This document shows positions 60,750-64,000 of a stretch of DNA of 64,000 nucleotides, piece by piece. Numbering within the stretch: position 1 is the stretch's first letter; each line of letters opens with the position of its first letter. The notes beneath the pieces are model-generated. The model saw only the letters and a program-made list of their open reading frames with translations. It did not search any database and was not told the origin of the DNA. A program made the position numbers and the translations under genes. Source of the stretch: Alphaproteobacteria bacterium (GTDB taxonomy: Bacteria; Pseudomonadota; Alphaproteobacteria; GCA-2746255); contig OZ252220.1 in NCBI GenBank assembly GCA_965249135.1, positions 1,728,001-1,792,000 on the forward strand, read 5' to 3'.

Positions 60750-61665
60750 TAATCTGACCATTGGTACCGTGAATTTCGGGATACCGTACGGCACCGTTCC
60801 GGGATCCGGGCAGGTGTCGGCCGAACAGGCGGCGGCGATCGTTCGCTCAGCGCTCGAAATGGGCATCGATCGATTTGATACCGCGGTCGGATATGGCACA
60901 GCCGAAAACGTGCTGGGCAAGTCGCTTGCACGAGCGAATGCGGCAGACGCGAAGGTCGTCACCAAAATTTTGCCGCTATCGGACGGAACGCTCAACGGGG
61001 AGATTGCAGTCAGCATTGCCGAGCAGGTCCGTCAGGCGCGCGACCGGTTGGGCGTGCGGGAGCTTGACGCCGTATTGGTGCACCGTGCGGCTGATCTCGT
61101 GGAGTCTAACGGGCCGCGGTTGTGGGATGCCCTGCAGCATGCCCGCGCCGATGGCATTACTCGGCGGATCGGTGTTTCAGTGTACGAGGCTTCCGAAATC
61201 GAGGCGATTATGGCGCGCTTCATACCCGAGGTTGTTCAACTACCGCTCAGCATAGCGGACCAGCGGCTGATCCGTTCCGGTCACTTATCGATGCTGGCCG
61301 AAAAGGGAGTTGAGATCCATGCCCGCTCGGTATTTCTGCAGGGCGTCTTGCTAGCTGGTTTGGATGAGATCGATGCTATTTTTGTGCCGGTCGCTACGGA
61401 AATGGCGGCGCTTGATGCGGCCGCGCGGTCCAAAGGTGTCGATCGTCTTGCGCTCTGTCTGGCCTTCGTCTCGCAGTTGCCGCAGGTTTCGCGGGTTATC
61501 ATCGGCGTCAACAGTGTCAGCCAGTTCCGCGAGATTGCGGAGGCGGCCGCCCGGTCTGTCGAGATTGAGAAGGTAGAGGCCAGTCGTTGCGCCTGGCGTG
61601 ATGATCGGCTGCTCAATCCGTCGAACTGGCCAAGCTTGAAAAAACCAGTGTTGTCGGAGGCATGA
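60739..61665 (+). CDS. Aldo/keto reductase (glycan-locus type)
   Basis: GTVNFGIPYG, DTAVGYG.AE, VTK, IGVSVY, HARSVFLQG. Confidence 0.85.
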   Translation: MALDNLTIGTVNFGIPYGTVPGSGQVSAEQAAAIVRSALEMGIDRFDTAVGYGTAENVLGKSLARANAADAKVVTKILPLSDGTLNGEIAVSIAEQVRQARDRLGVRELDAVLVHRAADLVESNGPRLWDALQHARADGITRRIGVSVYEASEIEAIMARFIPEVVQLPLSIADQRLIRSGHLSMLAEKGVEIHARSVFLQGVLLAGLDEIDAIFVPVATEMAALDAAARSKGVDRLALCLAFVSQLPQVSRVIIGVNSVSQFREIAEAAARSVEIEKVEASRCAWRDDRLLNPSNWPSLKKPVLSEA

Positions 61666-62990
61666 TGGCCGAAGACTCCGGGCATAACATGTTCGTGGCC
61701 AGCCGCCAGTCGCTGAAGCGCACGTTGGAAACGGTACCCACCGGGTCACAGACCTTCAGCAAGGCGCATATCCAGCTGCCTGACGGTCATGCGCCGTTAT
61801 TCGTTGACCGGGCGAAGGGCGCCCGGTTCTTCGATATCGACGGCAATGAATTCGTCGACCTTGCAATGGCTCTGGCCGCCGTCGGCCTTGGATACTGCGA
61901 CCTTGACGTGGATGCTGCGATTCGCGATCAGCTCGAGCGCGGTATTTCCTTCAGCCTGCCGACGCAGCTCGAGGCCGAGCTCTCGGAACTGATCGTCGAA
62001 GTGGTGCCCAGTGCGGAGATGGTACGTTTCGCCAAGAACGGATCCGATGTCACCTCGGCCGCGGTCCGGCTGGCGCGCGCCTTTACGGGTCGCGAGCGGG
62101 TGCTCGCCTGCGGCTATCACGGTTGGCACGACTGGTATATCGGAACGACGACGCGTGACCTCGGTGTTCCAGGCTGCATCCGGGCCTTGACCGACAAGGC
62201 ATCTGCCAACGACCCAGATTCGGTTGCGGCAAAGCTCAAGGAACATCCTGACGAATTCGCGGCGATCATCGTCGAGCCGATGCAGCTCGATGATCCGTGC
62301 GCTTCGTTGTCCGCGATCCGCGCTTCGGCGGACCAGTCCGGCGCCGTGCTGGTTTTCGACGAAGTGGTCACCGGCTTCCGCTTCGCCTTGGGGGGGGCGC
62401 AGCAACTCTATGGCGTCACGCCCGACCTTACCTGTCTCGGCAAGTCGATGGCCAATGGCATGCCGCTATCGGCCATTACGGGACGGCGCGATATCATGCG
62501 TTTGATGGATGACATCTTCTTCTCGGGCACGTTTGGGGGCGAAGCGCTATCGCTTGCCGCGTCGCTGGCCACCATCCGCAAGATTCGCGACCAGGGCGTC
62601 ATCGAGTATCTCTGGACCATGGGCGGTCGGTTGCAGGTGAAACTGCGCCGCACGATAAAAAAATATGGTCTCGAAAATGTGCTGTCCGTAACCAACGAGC
62701 CATGCCTCGGGTTTATCGCCGTATCGGAAGGGCGCGGGAATCCACAGGCAGTAAACCGCACCTTCATGCTGGCGGAAATGATCCGCCAGGGCGTGTTCAT
62801 GAACGGCTCGCTGACCATGTGCCATGCATTTGGCGAAGAGGAGCTAAGGCAGGTCACAAAGGCCTTCGACGTGTTCGCCGAACGTTTTTCCCGAGAGCTG
62901 GAGATACCGGATTTGGCTGCCCGTCTTCCTTATCCGCCGATCACGCCGATCTTCACTTTGCCCAAGCCGGGCGATCGGAAAAAAGGCTGA
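61662..62990 (+). CDS. Class III PLP aminotransferase (GSA-aminomutase-like)
   Basis: VRFAKNGSDVT, GYHGWHDW, FDEVVTGFR, CLGKSMANG, SGTFGG. Confidence 0.88.
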   Translation: MMAEDSGHNMFVASRQSLKRTLETVPTGSQTFSKAHIQLPDGHAPLFVDRAKGARFFDIDGNEFVDLAMALAAVGLGYCDLDVDAAIRDQLERGISFSLPTQLEAELSELIVEVVPSAEMVRFAKNGSDVTSAAVRLARAFTGRERVLACGYHGWHDWYIGTTTRDLGVPGCIRALTDKASANDPDSVAAKLKEHPDEFAAIIVEPMQLDDPCASLSAIRASADQSGAVLVFDEVVTGFRFALGGAQQLYGVTPDLTCLGKSMANGMPLSAITGRRDIMRLMDDIFFSGTFGGEALSLAASLATIRKIRDQGVIEYLWTMGGRLQVKLRRTIKKYGLENVLSVTNEPCLGFIAVSEGRGNPQAVNRTFMLAEMIRQGVFMNGSLTMCHAFGEEELRQVTKAFDVFAERFSRELEIPDLAARLPYPPITPIFTLPKPGDRKKG

Positions 62991-62993
62991 GCG

Positions 62994-64000
62994 TTGGCGC
63001 ATGCATCAACCGTGGTGTTTCGTGTCGATGCCGGACCGGAGATCGGCTTCGGGCATCTGGCGCGCGCGCTCGTCCTTGCCGAGGCGTTGCGTGACCACGG
63101 CGTCGCGGTGCATTTCTATCCGTCCAGCACCCATGACGAAATTCTTTCCCTGCTCGAACAGGGTGGCTTCGCGACATCTGTGCATAGCGGGTCTACGCCG
63201 CAGCAGTGGTTGTCGGAAACCAGGGCAAATGCGGTCGTCTACGACCTTGTTCACACTTGTTGGCGCGCGGAACAGGACGGGTTGTTCGCGGAAATCGCCG
63301 ATGTCGGCAACGCCGCCGTACCGATTGTTTTCTTTGACGGATATGGCGAACAGAGCTATCGATGCCAGGCTGGTGCGCCGACGGTGGATTTTATCGTCGC
63401 CCCCTATGTTGGCGAACCCGGACCGTGCCGGATCCTCGCTGGCCGTATCTTGGCGGGGCCGCAGTATTTTCCGCTTGCACGGAGCTATCGGAATGCTACC
63501 CGACGTGGGGAACGGAGTGCTGTTGAGCGCATTCTCGTTACCTGCGGCGGAGCCGATCCGTATATGGCCGCACCGGGAATTTTAGAGGCGCTTCTCAGCA
63601 TGCCGGAGCGCGACATTCAGATCGACATGGTGATGGGTGCCTTGTTTTCGGATGAGAACAAGCGGCAGATTGGAGCGATCGCCGCGCACGCTCCCGATAA
63701 GGTCCATCTGGTCGACGCGCCGCGTTCGCTTGCGGCGCAAATGGGTAGCGCTGATCTCTGCGTTTGCGCCAACGGGCTTACAAAATACGAGCTGGCGGCA
63801 ATGGGTATGCCAACGATTGCGGTGTCGCTCAGCCCGGCGCATCATCGGGCCAACCTTGCGTTCGCGGAGAGCGGGGCTCTGATGGTGCTGGGTCTGTTGG
63901 ACGACGTTGATGACCGCACCATTGCCGACGCCGTTTCGGAGATGATCGGCGAAGCAGACCTCCGTGCTCGCATGTCGCGCGCGGGCGTGGCCCTAGTAGA
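62994..64000 (+). CDS. pseG: PseG/SpsG family UDP-sugar hydrolase (partial, runs off the window end; absent from the ORF track)
   Basis: Manual translation from TTG 62994: VFRVDAGPEIGFGHLAR...GPQYFPL...ILVTCGGADP...ADLCVCANGLTKYELAAMGMP; no stop seen before the window end. Confidence 0.8.
   Translation, partial: MAHASTVVFRVDAGPEIGFGHLARALVLAEALRDHGVAVHFYPSSTHDEILSLLEQGGFATSVHSGSTPQQWLSETRANAVVYDLVHTCWRAEQDGLFAEIADVGNAAVPIVFFDGYGEQSYRCQAGAPTVDFIVAPYVGEPGPCRILAGRILAGPQYFPLARSYRNATRRGERSAVERILVTCGGADPYMAAPGILEALLSMPERDIQIDMVMGALFSDENKRQIGAIAAHAPDKVHLVDAPRSLAAQMGSADLCVCANGLTKYELAAMGMPTIAVSLSPAHHRANLAFAESGALMVLGLLDDVDDRTIADAVSEMIGEADLRARMSRAGVALV

Noticed and set aside
61662-62990. Calling the class III aminotransferase hemL
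   Set aside because: It is translationally coupled within a sugar-nucleotide operon, and Alphaproteobacteria generally make 5-aminolevulinate by the ALA synthase route.

Overview
A 64-kb, gene-dense, GC-rich chromosomal segment of an Alphaproteobacterium (Rhodospirillales-like by gene order; taxonomy inferred). About 70 CDS and 3 tRNAs (Leu-CAG, Ala-GGC, Ala-CGC). Most of it is housekeeping: fzlA-like GST, gltBD, uppP, rnd-kdsD-lptCAB-rpoN-ptsN, hsp20 with a sigma32 promoter and ROSE thermometer, aroA-cmk-rpsA-sppA-ihfB-lapA-pyrF-trpFBA-accD-folC, metZ behind a SAM-II riboswitch, argFD, scoAB, rlmN-argG, folD. I found no CRISPR array, integrase, transposase or prophage. Best candidates for new biology: (1) a pseudaminic-acid-type glycan locus (pseB-pseC-GNAT-pseG, running off the window end) with extra tailoring enzymes (RmlD-like reductase, aldo-keto reductase, class III aminotransferase, methyltransferase), preceded by a hairpin and ops-like element; (2) a run of macromolecule damage-repair genes at 40.3-45.3 kb, including a deglycation kinase/phosphatase pair and a sirtuin with a duplicated cofactor loop; (3) mscS and arsC head-to-head with start codons overlapping in one CATG; (4) gcrA and hpf absent from their usual loci; (5) repeated short tandem duplications. 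All functional calls come from motif recognition and gene order, not database searches. Start codons are best estimates.
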